Source: an uncultured Candidatus Saccharibacteria bacterium
Lineage (GTDB): Bacteria; Patescibacteriota; Minisyncoccia; Phycocordibacterales; UBA9973
DNA: 47,398 nucleotides
NCBI GenBank assembly: GCA_964395435.1
Contig: CAYNAO010000003.1
Span: 1-47,398 of the forward strand
Reading direction: 5' to 3'
The translations under genes and the position numbers were made by a program. Below the pieces are notes generated by a model. That model had not been told where the DNA came from. It worked only from the letters and a program-made list of their open reading frames with translations, and did no database searches. Shown here piece by piece: positions 1-9,260 of the stretch (positions are counted from its first letter, which is position 1; the number at the start of each line of letters is the position of its first letter).

Positions 1-55
1 AACCCACGACCTTCGCTTTACAAAAGCGTTGCTCTACCAACTGAGCTATTCCGGC
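1..55 (-). tRNA. tRNA-Thr (anticodon UGU), 3' part cut off by the window edge
   Basis: The reverse complement reads GCCGGAA-TA-GCTC-AGTTGGTA-GAGC-A-ACGCT-TTTGTAA-AGCGA-AGGTC-GTGGGTT. This gives an acceptor 5' strand, a D-arm, an anticodon stem-loop with TGT in the anticodon position, and the start of the T-arm. Confidence 0.8.
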
Positions 56-96
56 ATAAGACTAATATTACTATATTTAATATTTTTTTTCAAGTC

Positions 97-504
97 TTAA
101 TTTAAACCTTCTTCTTCTTTTATTTTATTGGTAATTCTCTTTATCTTCTTCTTGTAATCTTTGATTGTTTTTATAAAAGGAGAGGTTTCTTTGTTGGTTT
201 CTGTTTTGGTTTTGTGTTTAAATATTCTTTTCTTAATTTTTTTATACAAAGATATACTTTTTTCTTTTACAAAATTACTTGATAGGATATATAGTTTAAT
301 TATTAAAACTAAAATAACATAACCATATCTTTTTATTCTTTTGCTGAAGAATTTTTGAAGTTCCTCTAATTCTGGAACTTCAAACTCCAAATCTAAATCA
401 GGATTATTTTTAATCTCTAAATGTTTAATAGTAAAATATTTTCTCACTATCATTATAGTAATACCAAAAAGTGCTATAAAAAATAATATTAAGAAAATAT
501 TCAT
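97..504 (-). CDS. hypothetical membrane protein, lysine-rich C-terminus
   Basis: 135-aa ORF with two hydrophobic helices (MNIFLILFFIALFGITIMIV and YVILVLIIKLYIL), immediately downstream of tsf on the same strand. I recognise no family. Confidence 0.45.
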   Translation of the reverse strand: MNIFLILFFIALFGITIMIVRKYFTIKHLEIKNNPDLDLEFEVPELEELQKFFSKRIKRYGYVILVLIIKLYILSSNFVKEKSISLYKKIKKRIFKHKTKTETNKETSPFIKTIKDYKKKIKRITNKIKEEEGLN

Positions 505-515
505 TATAAATTATA

Positions 516-1295
516 TTATATCAGAGAACGCTTAACTGCTACAATCTTTGCATTATTTTTTGCAAGTAATTGTCCAACAGTTTCATCAGAATTTTTAATA
601 AAAGCTTGTTCAGTCAAAGTCTTTTCTTTGAAGAAAGTATTTAATTTACCATCAAGCATTTTCTTTTTAATATCTTCTGGTTTATCTACATTTTCCAATT
701 CTTTAGTGAATAAATCAGTCATAGTTTTTTTAGTTTCTTCACTTATTTCATCCATAGTTATGTATTCAGGTCTCATTGCTGCTGTATGCATAGCGATATC
801 ACGAGCAATTTCAGTATTGCCACCTTCTAAGCTCACAATAACTGCATTTTTCCCGTTGTGAACATAAGATCCAACAACATCTCCCATAATTTCATATACT
901 TCACCTAATTCTACTTTTTCTCCAGTTTTTTGAATAATTCCATCAATTAATTCTTTTGAATTTTCTTTCATTTTTTCTATTCCTTCATTCAAAGCCATAT
1001 CAGTCAAAGTATTTAAAACTTGCATGAAATCTTCGTTTTTAGACACGAAATCAGTCTCACAGTGTAGTGTAAGCAAGATTGTTTTATTTCCATTAGTTTT
1101 TACACAAATAGAGCCGTCTTGAGCATTACGATCGCTTTTCTTTAGAGCAATATCTCCACTGTTTTTCTTTAAAATCAAAACAGCTTTTTCTATGTCACCC
1201 ATAGATTCTTCTAGGGCTTTACGACATTGCATAATTGAGATACCAGTTTTATCTCTAAGTTCTTTTACTAACTCTGTTGTAATTTGTGTAGACAT
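516..1295 (-). CDS. tsf: translation elongation factor Ts
   Basis: N-terminal UBA-like motif LVKELRDKTGISIMQCRKALEES and a dimerisation-core-like remainder. Sits in the conserved rpsB-tsf gene pair. Confidence 0.9.
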   Translation of the reverse strand: MSTQITTELVKELRDKTGISIMQCRKALEESMGDIEKAVLILKKNSGDIALKKSDRNAQDGSICVKTNGNKTILLTLHCETDFVSKNEDFMQVLNTLTDMALNEGIEKMKENSKELIDGIIQKTGEKVELGEVYEIMGDVVGSYVHNGKNAVIVSLEGGNTEIARDIAMHTAAMRPEYITMDEISEETKKTMTDLFTKELENVDKPEDIKKKMLDGKLNTFFKEKTLTEQAFIKNSDETVGQLLAKNNAKIVAVKRSLI

Positions 1296-1321
1296 ATATT
1301 TAATTATTTTAGATTAATTTA

Positions 1322-2032
1322 TTAATTTTTACTGCCTTTTTGGTAAGCAGTTAAGATTTTATTTGCAAAGAAATTTATAGACAAAGTAGAAGCATCGTTA
1401 GCCACAATAGGGTAATCGATATCTTTTATATTAGAGTCTGTACTTAAAACAGCAATAACAGGAACATTCATAGTTTTTGCTTCTTTGAAAGCAATATGTT
1501 CTTTTTTAGGATCAATTATAACTAAAGCATCTGGAGTTTTCTTAAGAGTTAAAAGACCAGTGTAGTATTTTTCTAATCTTTCCATTTTTTTAGCTAATAC
1601 AACTCTTTCTTTTTTAGTGTATTTTTCTAATTCTCCAGTTTTTGTTTCTTTGTTGTATTTTTCTAATTCGTTAATCCTTTTTTTGATTTCAGAGTAATTA
1701 GACAAAGTACCTCCAATCCATCTTTCATTAACATATGGCATACCCAAAGATTCTGCTGTGTTTTTGATTATTTCACTAGCTTCTGGTTTTGCTCCACAAA
1801 ATAAGATAGTTTTGTTTTGTGAACCAAGTTTTTCTATATAAGCTAAAGCTTCGTTTAGCATAGCTTCTGTTTTTTCTATGTCGATAATGTCTATTTTGTT
1901 TTTAGTAGCATAGACAAAAGGAGCCATAGAAGGGTGTCTTTTGGACTTAGAATATCCGTATTGAACCCCTTTGTCGAACATTTCCTCTATTAAAACACTA
2001 CTGTTTTTTTCTATTTCTTTACTTTTTTGCAT
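1322..2032 (-). CDS. rpsB: 30S ribosomal protein S2
   Basis: 236 aa with motifs GVQYGYSKSKRHPSMAPFVY, ILFCGAKPEA and PDALVIIDPKKEHIAFKEA typical of bS2. Lies upstream of tsf. Confidence 0.9.
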   Translation of the reverse strand: MQKSKEIEKNSSVLIEEMFDKGVQYGYSKSKRHPSMAPFVYATKNKIDIIDIEKTEAMLNEALAYIEKLGSQNKTILFCGAKPEASEIIKNTAESLGMPYVNERWIGGTLSNYSEIKKRINELEKYNKETKTGELEKYTKKERVVLAKKMERLEKYYTGLLTLKKTPDALVIIDPKKEHIAFKEAKTMNVPVIAVLSTDSNIKDIDYPIVANDASTLSINFFANKILTAYQKGSKN

Positions 2033-2090
2033 TCCTGTATTCTATCAGAATATTTGCCTTTTTGCAAGGGCGCTTAAAATAAAATACTTT

Positions 2091-2119
2091 TTGACCTAAA
2101 CCGTTTTTTCGGTTAATAT
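2091..2119 (+). promoter_or_regulatory. sigma70-like promoter upstream of proS
   Basis: TTGACC (2091-2096), a 17-nt spacer, then TAATAT (2114-2119), 7 nt before the proS ATG region. Confidence 0.45.
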
Positions 2120-2125
2120 GGGTAT

Positions 2126-3388
2126 ATGAGACAAACACAACTTTTCACTAAAACAAAAAAAGAAGCTCCAACAGACGAGGTTTCTCGAAATGCTGAATTA
2201 CTAATTAGAGCAGGTTTTATAGATAAAGAAATGGCTGGGGTTTATAATTTTCTTCCTTTAGGTCAAGCTGTTGTAAAAAAAATAGAAAATATAATTCGTG
2301 AAGAAATGAATGCTATCGGTGGCCAAGAAATAACTATGTCTTCTCTTCAAAATAAAGAAACTTGGGAAAAAACAAATCGTTGGTCTGATGAAGTTGTAGA
2401 TAATTGGTTTAAAACAAAATTAAAAAACGAAACAGAATTAGGTTTAGGTTTTACACACGAAGAACCAATCACAAATATGCTAAAAGGTTTTATTTCTTCT
2501 TATCGAGATTTGCCAGTTTTTGTGTATCAATTCCAAACCAAATTCAGAAATGAAACTCGAGCAAAGAGTGGAATAATGCGTACTCGTGAATTCGTCATGA
2601 AAGATTTGTATTCTTTTTCTGAAAACGAAAAGGAGCATAATGAATTTTATGAAAAAGCAAAAAATGCTTATTTAAATATTTTTAAAAGAGTAGGTATTGG
2701 ACATATTACTTATTTAACTTTTGCTTCTGGTGGAGTTTTTTCTAAATATTCTCATGAATTTCAAACTTTGACCGGAGCAGGTGAAGATATTATTTATATT
2801 GATAGAGATAAAAATATAGCTATAAATAAAGAAGTTTACACAGACGAAGTAATAGAAAATTTAGGTCTTAACAAAGATAATTTAGTTGAAGAAAAAGCAG
2901 TCGAAGTGGGCAATATTTTTACTTTGGGGACTCGTTTTTCTGATGCTTTAGATTTGAAATATCAAGATGAAAATGGTGAAAAGAAGTCTGTTTTTATGGG
3001 CTCATACGGTATTGGTCCTGCTCGTATTATGGGCACGATAGTTGAAACCCTCTCTGACGATAAAGGTATTATTTGGCCGGAAACAGTAGCTCCATTTTTA
3101 GTTCATTTATTAGTTCTAGGCGAAGACGAAGAAGTCTTAACAGAAGCAAATAAAATTTACGAAGAATTATTAAAAAATAAAACTGAAGTTTTGTTTGATG
3201 ATCGTTTAGGGCTTTCTCCTGGAGAGAAATTCGCTGATGCTGATTTATTAGGTATGCCAATTCGCTTAGTTGTTTCTAGTCGTAGCTTAAAAGAAAACGG
3301 AATTGAATACAAGAGAAGAAATGAAGAAAAAGGTAAGATAATTTCACTGGCAGAATTATTAGAAATTTTAAATGGAAAGATTATTTAA
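2126..3388 (+). CDS. proS: prolyl-tRNA synthetase, short bacterial-type form apparently lacking the editing insertion
   Basis: N-terminus MRQTQLFTKTKKEAP..EVSRNAELLIRAGFI, class II motifs (FRNETRAKSGIMRTREFVMKD, GSYGIGPARIMG) and a C-terminal anticodon-binding region. Confidence 0.85.
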   Translation: MRQTQLFTKTKKEAPTDEVSRNAELLIRAGFIDKEMAGVYNFLPLGQAVVKKIENIIREEMNAIGGQEITMSSLQNKETWEKTNRWSDEVVDNWFKTKLKNETELGLGFTHEEPITNMLKGFISSYRDLPVFVYQFQTKFRNETRAKSGIMRTREFVMKDLYSFSENEKEHNEFYEKAKNAYLNIFKRVGIGHITYLTFASGGVFSKYSHEFQTLTGAGEDIIYIDRDKNIAINKEVYTDEVIENLGLNKDNLVEEKAVEVGNIFTLGTRFSDALDLKYQDENGEKKSVFMGSYGIGPARIMGTIVETLSDDKGIIWPETVAPFLVHLLVLGEDEEVLTEANKIYEELLKNKTEVLFDDRLGLSPGEKFADADLLGMPIRLVVSSRSLKENGIEYKRRNEEKGKIISLAELLEILNGKII

Positions 3389-4434
3389 TGTTTAAAAAAA
3401 TTTACAAATTATTTTCAAATGATATTGGTATAGATTTAGGTACTGCAAATACTTTAGTTTATTTAAAGGGTAAAGGAATCGTTATCAATGAACCTTCTGT
3501 GGTTGCATTAAATGTTAAAACTAGCCAAGTCTTAGCCGTCGGTATCAAAGCCAAAGAAATGCTAGGTAGAACTCCAGGACATATCAAAGCCGTTAGGCCT
3601 CTAGTAGATGGAGTTATTTCTGATTTTGAAGTTACCGAAGAAATGCTTTCTTATTTAATAAACAAAGCAGACAAAATGAATCCAAAACTTTTCCGTCCTC
3701 GGGTAGTAGTAGGGATTCCTTCTGGAACTACAAATGTAGAATCTAGAGCTGTTTATGATGCGGCGCGGAGTGCTGGAGCTCGTGAAGTTTATTTAGTCGA
3801 AGAACCTATGTCGGCTGCGGTTGGGGTGCGTTTACCTGTCAAAGAAGCTTTGGGTTCTATGATTATTGATATCGGAGGAGGAACTACTGATATTGCTGTG
3901 ATTGCTTTGGGTGGAGTAGTTAGGTCTCTTAATTTAAAAGTCGCAGGAGATAGATTCAATAACGATATTATTTCTTATATGCGTAGTGAATTTAAAATTT
4001 TAATAGGAGAAAAAACTGCCGAAAATGTAAAAATGACTTTAGGTTCTGCTATTCCTGTTGAATATATGGAAACCGAAGTCCGCGGACGAGACTTATTAAC
4101 TGGGCTTCCTCGCGAAGTAGTAGTTACTGATTCTGATATTCGTGAAGCAATTATGCCTTCGCTCAAAGAATTAGTAGATGGAGTCAAAGATTTATTAGAA
4201 GGAACTCCTCCAGAAATTTTGTCAGACATAATGAAGAGAGGAATTACTTTATCCGGAGGAGGGGCTTTGCTTTTAGGTTTAGATAAATTATTGCAAGATG
4301 TTTTAAAGATTCCTGTTTATGTTGTTGACGATCCTCTTTCTGCTGTAGCTCGTGGTACAGGAGTTATTTTAGATAATTTTGAACATTTTAAAGATGTATT
4401 AATTAATAATCAAGATGAGTTATCTCCACGATAG
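3388..4434 (+). CDS. mreB: rod shape-determining actin homologue MreB
   Basis: Contains GIDLGTANTLVY, DIGGGTTDIAVI and LSGGGALLLGLDKLL actin-fold phosphate and adenosine motifs. Followed by mreC. Confidence 0.92.
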   Translation: MFKKIYKLFSNDIGIDLGTANTLVYLKGKGIVINEPSVVALNVKTSQVLAVGIKAKEMLGRTPGHIKAVRPLVDGVISDFEVTEEMLSYLINKADKMNPKLFRPRVVVGIPSGTTNVESRAVYDAARSAGAREVYLVEEPMSAAVGVRLPVKEALGSMIIDIGGGTTDIAVIALGGVVRSLNLKVAGDRFNNDIISYMRSEFKILIGEKTAENVKMTLGSAIPVEYMETEVRGRDLLTGLPREVVVTDSDIREAIMPSLKELVDGVKDLLEGTPPEILSDIMKRGITLSGGGALLLGLDKLLQDVLKIPVYVVDDPLSAVARGTGVILDNFEHFKDVLINNQDELSPR

Positions 4435-5206
4435 AAAAAAAAGAAATAAAAAAATTAGAAATATTTTTTTAGTATTTTTATTTTTGTCTTTGTTGTTTTA
4501 TTTTAGATCTCCAATTCTAAATACTTTATCTTCTGGCTCAAATATAATTTTGAAACCTTTTTTTATGTTAACCAATAATATTGGAACTAGAATGCATAAT
4601 TTTTCTGTTTTATTTAATTCTAAACAAAGTTTGTTAAAAGAAAATGAAGACTTAAAAAATACTATAAACGAGAATCAAGCTAAAGTCTCTGAGCATGATT
4701 CTCTCCTAAAAGAGAACCAAGAATTAAAAGAAATTTTAGGTAGAATAGATGAAAATAAAGATTTTGTTTTAGCTACTATAATAAAAAAGCCAGGTATTTT
4801 TGATACTCTGCTTTTAGATGTGGGAGAGAGTAATGGAGTAAAGCAAGGGGATTTGGTTTTTGCTTATGGAAATATTCCAATAGGCTATATTAGTGAAGTT
4901 TACAACAAAAGCTCTAGTGTAAATTTGTTTTCTAAAAATGGCGAGAAAACAAATGTAATTTTAGATTCAAAAGATATTTATTTAGAATTAATTGGTCGGG
5001 GAGGAGGGAATTTTGAAATTATTTTGCCTAGAGATTTATCAGTTGAAAAAGGCGAGAATTTTCTTTTAACAAATATTAAAACTTATGTAATAGCAAAAGT
5101 AGAAAGTATTATTTCAGATCCCAGAGACTCTTTCCAAAAAGCCCTATTAGTAAGTCCAATAAACACAAATCAACTAAAATTCGTAGAGGTAGAACGAAGT
5201 GAATAA
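4415..5206 (+). CDS. mreC: rod shape-determining protein MreC
   Basis: N-terminal TM helix, a coiled-coil segment (LLKENEDLKNTINENQAKVSEHDSLLKENQELKEIL), then a beta-rich domain. Overlaps the mreB stop by 20 nt. Confidence 0.7.
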   Translation: MSYLHDRKKRNKKIRNIFLVFLFLSLLFYFRSPILNTLSSGSNIILKPFFMLTNNIGTRMHNFSVLFNSKQSLLKENEDLKNTINENQAKVSEHDSLLKENQELKEILGRIDENKDFVLATIIKKPGIFDTLLLDVGESNGVKQGDLVFAYGNIPIGYISEVYNKSSSVNLFSKNGEKTNVILDSKDIYLELIGRGGGNFEIILPRDLSVEKGENFLLTNIKTYVIAKVESIISDPRDSFQKALLVSPINTNQLKFVEVERSE

Positions 5207-5500
5207 TTGTGAGATAATAAATGTATGAAAAATTTTTAAAAAAATAATTGGTTTAAAATATTGATAATTATTTTTATTTTATTTGATTCAAAGTAATTTA
5301 ATAAGAAGAAATTGTAAATCTGAAGCTTTCTTGTCTAAAAATAATGTAGGTGTTATTAATTCTCCTGAATGGTTAGAACAAAATGATAGATTGTATAAAG
5401 ATTGTTTAAGTTGGAATGGAATTAGCTATTAATTAATTTTTATTAATAGCTGATAGGGTCGATTTTTTGTTACAAAAACTCTGGTTAGATTTTCAGAATC

Positions 5501-5530
5501 TCCCGAAGGGTTACCCTTCGGGAATTTTTT
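5501..5530 (+). terminator. intrinsic terminator-like hairpin with no nearby upstream gene
   Basis: tcccgaaggg-tta-cccttcggga followed by a-tttttt. The nearest + strand gene (mreC) ends about 300 nt upstream. Confidence 0.5.
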
Positions 5531-5599
5531 TAAATTTTGTATTTATGAAATTTATTTATTCTATCTTTGTGAGATAATTAATTAAGTTATAATATATTT

Positions 5600-6253
5600 A
5601 TGGTTAAAGATAATAAACAATCGCTTGTTTTTATAGATGAATCTGGTGATGCGGGTTTTAAGTTTGGAAAAGGTTCAAGTTTATATTTTATTATTTCTGC
5701 TGTTGTTTTTGAAGATTTTTTAGAAGCAGAAAAAACTGCTATTGCTATTAAGCAATTAAAAAGGAATTTAAAATTTTCAGATGATTTTGAATTTAAATTT
5801 AATAAAGATAGTCAAAAAGTTAAAGAAAGTTTTTTAAAAGCAGTAAAAGAATTTGATTTTAATATTCGTTATTTAATTATTGATAAAAGAAAAATTAGAA
5901 GCGATGAATTGAAAAATAATAAAAATTCTTTTTATAGTTATGCCATTAGAATGTTATTGAAATATAGTAATGATAAAATATTAAATGCATCAATTAAAAT
6001 TGATGGAAGTGGAGATAGAATATTTAAGAAGAATTTTTCTGTATATTTAAGAAAAAGTTTAAATTCATCAGAAAAAAGAATAATAAAAAATTTACGTTTT
6101 GTTGATTCTAAAGAAAATGTACTTATTCAGTTATCAGATATGGTGGCTGGTAGCGAAAGAAGGTTTTTTGAATTTAAAAATATTAAAACAGATTATAAAA
6201 TTTATAGAGATATAATTAAGAAAAGAATTCAAGATGAGTGGGAGTTTAAATAA
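5600..6253 (+). CDS. DUF3800-family protein
   Basis: N-terminal LVFIDESGDAGF motif and C-terminal LIQLSDMVAG motif characteristic of DUF3800. A single gene flanked by long AT-rich spacers. Confidence 0.6.
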   Translation: MVKDNKQSLVFIDESGDAGFKFGKGSSLYFIISAVVFEDFLEAEKTAIAIKQLKRNLKFSDDFEFKFNKDSQKVKESFLKAVKEFDFNIRYLIIDKRKIRSDELKNNKNSFYSYAIRMLLKYSNDKILNASIKIDGSGDRIFKKNFSVYLRKSLNSSEKRIIKNLRFVDSKENVLIQLSDMVAGSERRFFEFKNIKTDYKIYRDIIKKRIQDEWEFK

Positions 6254-6256
6254 AAG

Positions 6257-6276
6257 AAAAACCCTTGCGGGTTTTT
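6257..6276 (+). terminator. intrinsic terminator after the DUF3800 gene
   Basis: aaaaaccc-ttgc-gggttttt hairpin with a T-run, 4 nt after the stop codon. Confidence 0.6.
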
Positions 6277-6442
6277 CTTCAGATTATTTTCTATGCTAGT
6301 TGTCCTAGCCACGCCACCATCCGGTAACAGTTCGATAAATAATCTTTTGTATATATATTATAGTTTATTTATTTAAACTTTGCAAGTTTTTATTTAATGT
6401 TTAAATTGCTATATTTTCTTAATATTGTATTATATTTAAACA

Positions 6443-7783
6443 ATGCAATTCAAAATTGAGAAAAAATTAAATGGGGCTTTGGGGCGAGTGGGAGTTTTAA
6501 GCACTCCGCATGGAGATATTTTAACTCCTTCTTTTGTGGCTGTGGGGACGAAAGCTACCGTGAAATCGTTGAGTCCTGTAAACATTAAAGAAGCAAATAC
6601 TCAAGTTGTCTTGGGAAATACTTATCATTTGTATTTGCAACCAGGCGACGAAATAGTTCGTGATGCTGGAGGAATAGGAAAATTTATGAATTGGAAAGGT
6701 CCGACGATGACTGATTCTGGAGGGTTTCAAGTTTTTTCTTTGGGGGCTGCTTATGGTAAAGAAATTTCAAAAGTTGTAAAAATCACTGATCCTTCGCTTA
6801 TGATTCCTGAGAGGTTTGATGATTCTGATGCTCCAAGACTTGCAAAAATAGGTCAAGATGGAGTTTCTTTTAAATCTCATTTAGATGGCTCTATTCATTA
6901 TATTACTCCTGAGAAATCAATCGAGATTCAGCATAATTTAGGAGCTGATATTATCTTTGCTTTTGATGAATGTACTAGTCCTGCAGAAGATTTTAAATAC
7001 CAAGAAGAAGCTTTAGATCGGACTCATGCTTGGGCGAAGAGATGCCTTGCTCGTCATGTAGAGTTAGAAGGGGAAAAGAAGATGCTTTCTAGGAATCAGA
7101 ATTCCTCGAGGTCGGACCTCAAGGGATCCCGAGGTCCGACCTCAAATACAGAAAATACTTTTTTGAATTTTCCTCAAGCTTTATTTGGCATAGTTCAAGG
7201 AGGTAGAGAAGAAGTTTTGCGAAAAAAATCAGCTCAAGTTATTTCTGAAATGCGTGTCCCGTGTATTCTTGATGAAGTAGGAAATATTGAAGAAGTAGGT
7301 TTCGACGGTTTTGGGATCGGAGGTTCTTTTGCTAAAGAAGATATGCATACTGCGGTTAGATGGGTCAATGAAGTTCTGCCCGAAGATAAACCTCGTCATT
7401 TATTAGGAATAGGGGAACCAGAAGATTTGTTTATGGGAATAGAAAATGGAGTAGATTTATTTGATTGTGTTTTGCCGACTAGGCTAGGACGCAATGGTAC
7501 GATTTACACAAAGACTGGTAAAATCATTATTACAAATTCTAAATATAGAAATGATCATACCCCGATAGAAGAAGACTGCGAATGCTACACTTGTCAAAAT
7601 CACACTCGGGCTTATATAGCTCATCTTTTTCACGGTAAAGAAATGCTAGCCGGAACACTTGCTTCTATTCATAATCTTCATTTTATAGTAAACCTAGTTC
7701 ATAAAATTAGAGAGTCTATTTTGAATGATACTTTTTATGAATTTAAAGAAGAATTTTTATCAAAATATAGTATTAAGTCTTAA
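6443..7783 (+). CDS. tgt: queuine tRNA-ribosyltransferase with extra insertions
   Basis: Contains LGNTYHL, TDSGGFQV, IFAFDEC, LFGIVQGG and the zinc motif CECYTCQNHTRAYIAHL. At 446 aa it is longer than typical bacterial TGT. Confidence 0.88.
   Translation: MQFKIEKKLNGALGRVGVLSTPHGDILTPSFVAVGTKATVKSLSPVNIKEANTQVVLGNTYHLYLQPGDEIVRDAGGIGKFMNWKGPTMTDSGGFQVFSLGAAYGKEISKVVKITDPSLMIPERFDDSDAPRLAKIGQDGVSFKSHLDGSIHYITPEKSIEIQHNLGADIIFAFDECTSPAEDFKYQEEALDRTHAWAKRCLARHVELEGEKKMLSRNQNSSRSDLKGSRGPTSNTENTFLNFPQALFGIVQGGREEVLRKKSAQVISEMRVPCILDEVGNIEEVGFDGFGIGGSFAKEDMHTAVRWVNEVLPEDKPRHLLGIGEPEDLFMGIENGVDLFDCVLPTRLGRNGTIYTKTGKIIITNSKYRNDHTPIEEDCECYTCQNHTRAYIAHLFHGKEMLAGTLASIHNLHFIVNLVHKIRESILNDTFYEFKEEFLSKYSIKS
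7107..7143. repeat. two tandem 13-14 bp palindromes inside tgt (GC-rich insert)
   Basis: cgaggtcggacctc (7107-7120) and cgaggtccgacctc (7130-7143). Each is a gaggtc/gacctc palindrome. The block is flanked or interleaved by gaattc, ctcgag and ggatcc. Confidence 0.7.
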
Positions 7784-7857
7784 AAAGATATATAATATAA
7801 AAAGAGTTTTTTACTCTTTACAAATTTAATTTTATTTTGTATAATATCTTAACAAAA

Positions 7858-9258
7858 ATGTCAAAAAATTTAAAGAAAAAAAATAAAAAACCAGCCAAGA
7901 ATTGGCGCAAATTTTGGAAATTAGGAGTTGAGGAATGGAACACTAATCTTTTTAATGTTAACAAAGATGGTGAACTAACTATTACTGAAGGTAATCACAT
8001 TTATAATTTAAATGATATTGCTTTGAAATATGGAACACCTCTTCAAATAGTTTTTCCTTTCATGATAGAAGATCGCTTGAAAGACTTGATGGGTTATTTT
8101 GAGGCTTATATGAAGATTTATGGCTACAAAGGTAAATTCTTTTATCATTATCCAATGAAAGTAAATCAAAACAAAGAATTTATTTTGCCTATTTTATCCG
8201 AAGGGGGAAATTTAGAGGTTACTTCTGCAAATGAGCTTTATTTAGTAAAAAGATTTTGGGAAGGGGAAAAATTTAATTCTTCTATTCGTGTATTTTGTAA
8301 TGGCCCAAAAACTAATCAATATTTAGATTTAATAGAAGAACTTCATTCAAAAGGTATGAGTATTGTGCCTATTATTGAAGGCCCAGAAGAAATAGACAGA
8401 TTGTCAAAATACAAGGGTGAAATCGGAGTTCGTGTAGATCTTAATTTTAAAGCTGATACTCATTGGGATAAAAAATTTGACCGTTTTGGTTTATCAGAAA
8501 AAGATATTTTAGATTTACCAAAAATGAAGAATTTGAAAGTTATGCATTACCATATGGGTAGTCAAATTAAAACTCAAAAAAGTATTTTAGAAGGAGTAAA
8601 GCATGCTTTCAATATTTATGAACAATTACAAAAGAAGCAACCAAGTTTAGAAACTTTAGATATGGGTGGAGGTTTTGGAGTTCCTTATGAAAAGAAAAAA
8701 TTCTATACAGCAAAAAGTGTTTCAAGTAAAATAGTTAAATTACTTAAAAATATGGCTGACAAAAAAGGGATCAAGCATCCTAATTTGGCCGTTGAGTGGG
8801 GTCAATACATAGTAGCTCCAACTCAAATTACTTTATATAAAGTAATTTCTGAAAAATCTGTTGTGAATGGTAGTGCTAAATCTTGGTATGTTGTAGACGG
8901 TTCATTTATGAATGATTTAAAAGATACTTGGGCTATCAAGCAAAAATGGCATGTAATCCCAGCTAATAATATGGATAAATCTTCTCAAGCAGTTTGGCTT
9001 GCGGGAAGTACTTGTGATAGTGACGATAAATACACAGCTGGTGGAGGATATATTTTAATGCCAAAATTAAACAATGATAATACTCAATTAGTAGCAATTC
9101 TAGATACTGGAGCTTATCAAGACGCCTTGTCTTCTCACCATTGTTTACTTGCAAATCCTATGAAGGTTTTAGCTTCTGATGGAAATATCAAAGTTATTAG
9201 AAAAAGAGAAACTCCTGAATCTATAGGTAAACTTTTTGGTTGGAATGGAGACAAATAA
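7858..9258 (+). CDS. speA: PLP-dependent arginine decarboxylase-like enzyme (Orn/DAP/Arg decarboxylase family)
   Basis: Contains PLQIVFPFMIEDRL and YPMKVNQNKEF (PLP-lysine context resembling SpeA), GGGFGVPY, and CDSDD near the C-terminus. I prefer the ATG at 7858 over the TTG at 7837 used by the ORF track. Confidence 0.6.
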   Translation: MSKNLKKKNKKPAKNWRKFWKLGVEEWNTNLFNVNKDGELTITEGNHIYNLNDIALKYGTPLQIVFPFMIEDRLKDLMGYFEAYMKIYGYKGKFFYHYPMKVNQNKEFILPILSEGGNLEVTSANELYLVKRFWEGEKFNSSIRVFCNGPKTNQYLDLIEELHSKGMSIVPIIEGPEEIDRLSKYKGEIGVRVDLNFKADTHWDKKFDRFGLSEKDILDLPKMKNLKVMHYHMGSQIKTQKSILEGVKHAFNIYEQLQKKQPSLETLDMGGGFGVPYEKKKFYTAKSVSSKIVKLLKNMADKKGIKHPNLAVEWGQYIVAPTQITLYKVISEKSVVNGSAKSWYVVDGSFMNDLKDTWAIKQKWHVIPANNMDKSSQAVWLAGSTCDSDDKYTAGGGYILMPKLNNDNTQLVAILDTGAYQDALSSHHCLLANPMKVLASDGNIKVIRKRETPESIGKLFGWNGDK

Positions 9259-9260
9259 AT

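Noticed and set aside
628-861. Many ORF-track entries lie antisense to, or nested inside, confidently assigned genes. Examples: 628-861, 3069-3260, 3975-4229, 6521-6730, 8963-9154, 10317-10541, 14299-14502, 14461-14733, 15156-15374, 17622-17840, 18325-18537 and 18491-18889. Also 20055-20327, 24933-25184, 28974-29198, 30671-30880, 31179-31397, 31551-32261, 33741-33957 and 35345-35611. Also 36719-36949, 37081-37329, 39704-39994, 40547-40954, 41925-42146, 42405-42638, 43498-43740, 43987-44247, 45995-46219 and 46190-46441.
   Set aside because: These are shadow ORFs. Each overlaps a longer ORF with clear family motifs or a coherent operon context. Their translations are low-complexity or hydrophobic nonsense typical of the opposite strand of AT-rich genes.
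5302-5430. An open frame without a start codon (…CKSEAFLSKNNVGVINSPEWLEQNDRLYKDCLSWNGISY) in the mreC-DUF3800 spacer. It could be a gene remnant.
   Set aside because: It has no start codon and no recognisable family, and it is too short to separate from chance in AT-rich DNA. It is mentioned only as context for the insertion finding.
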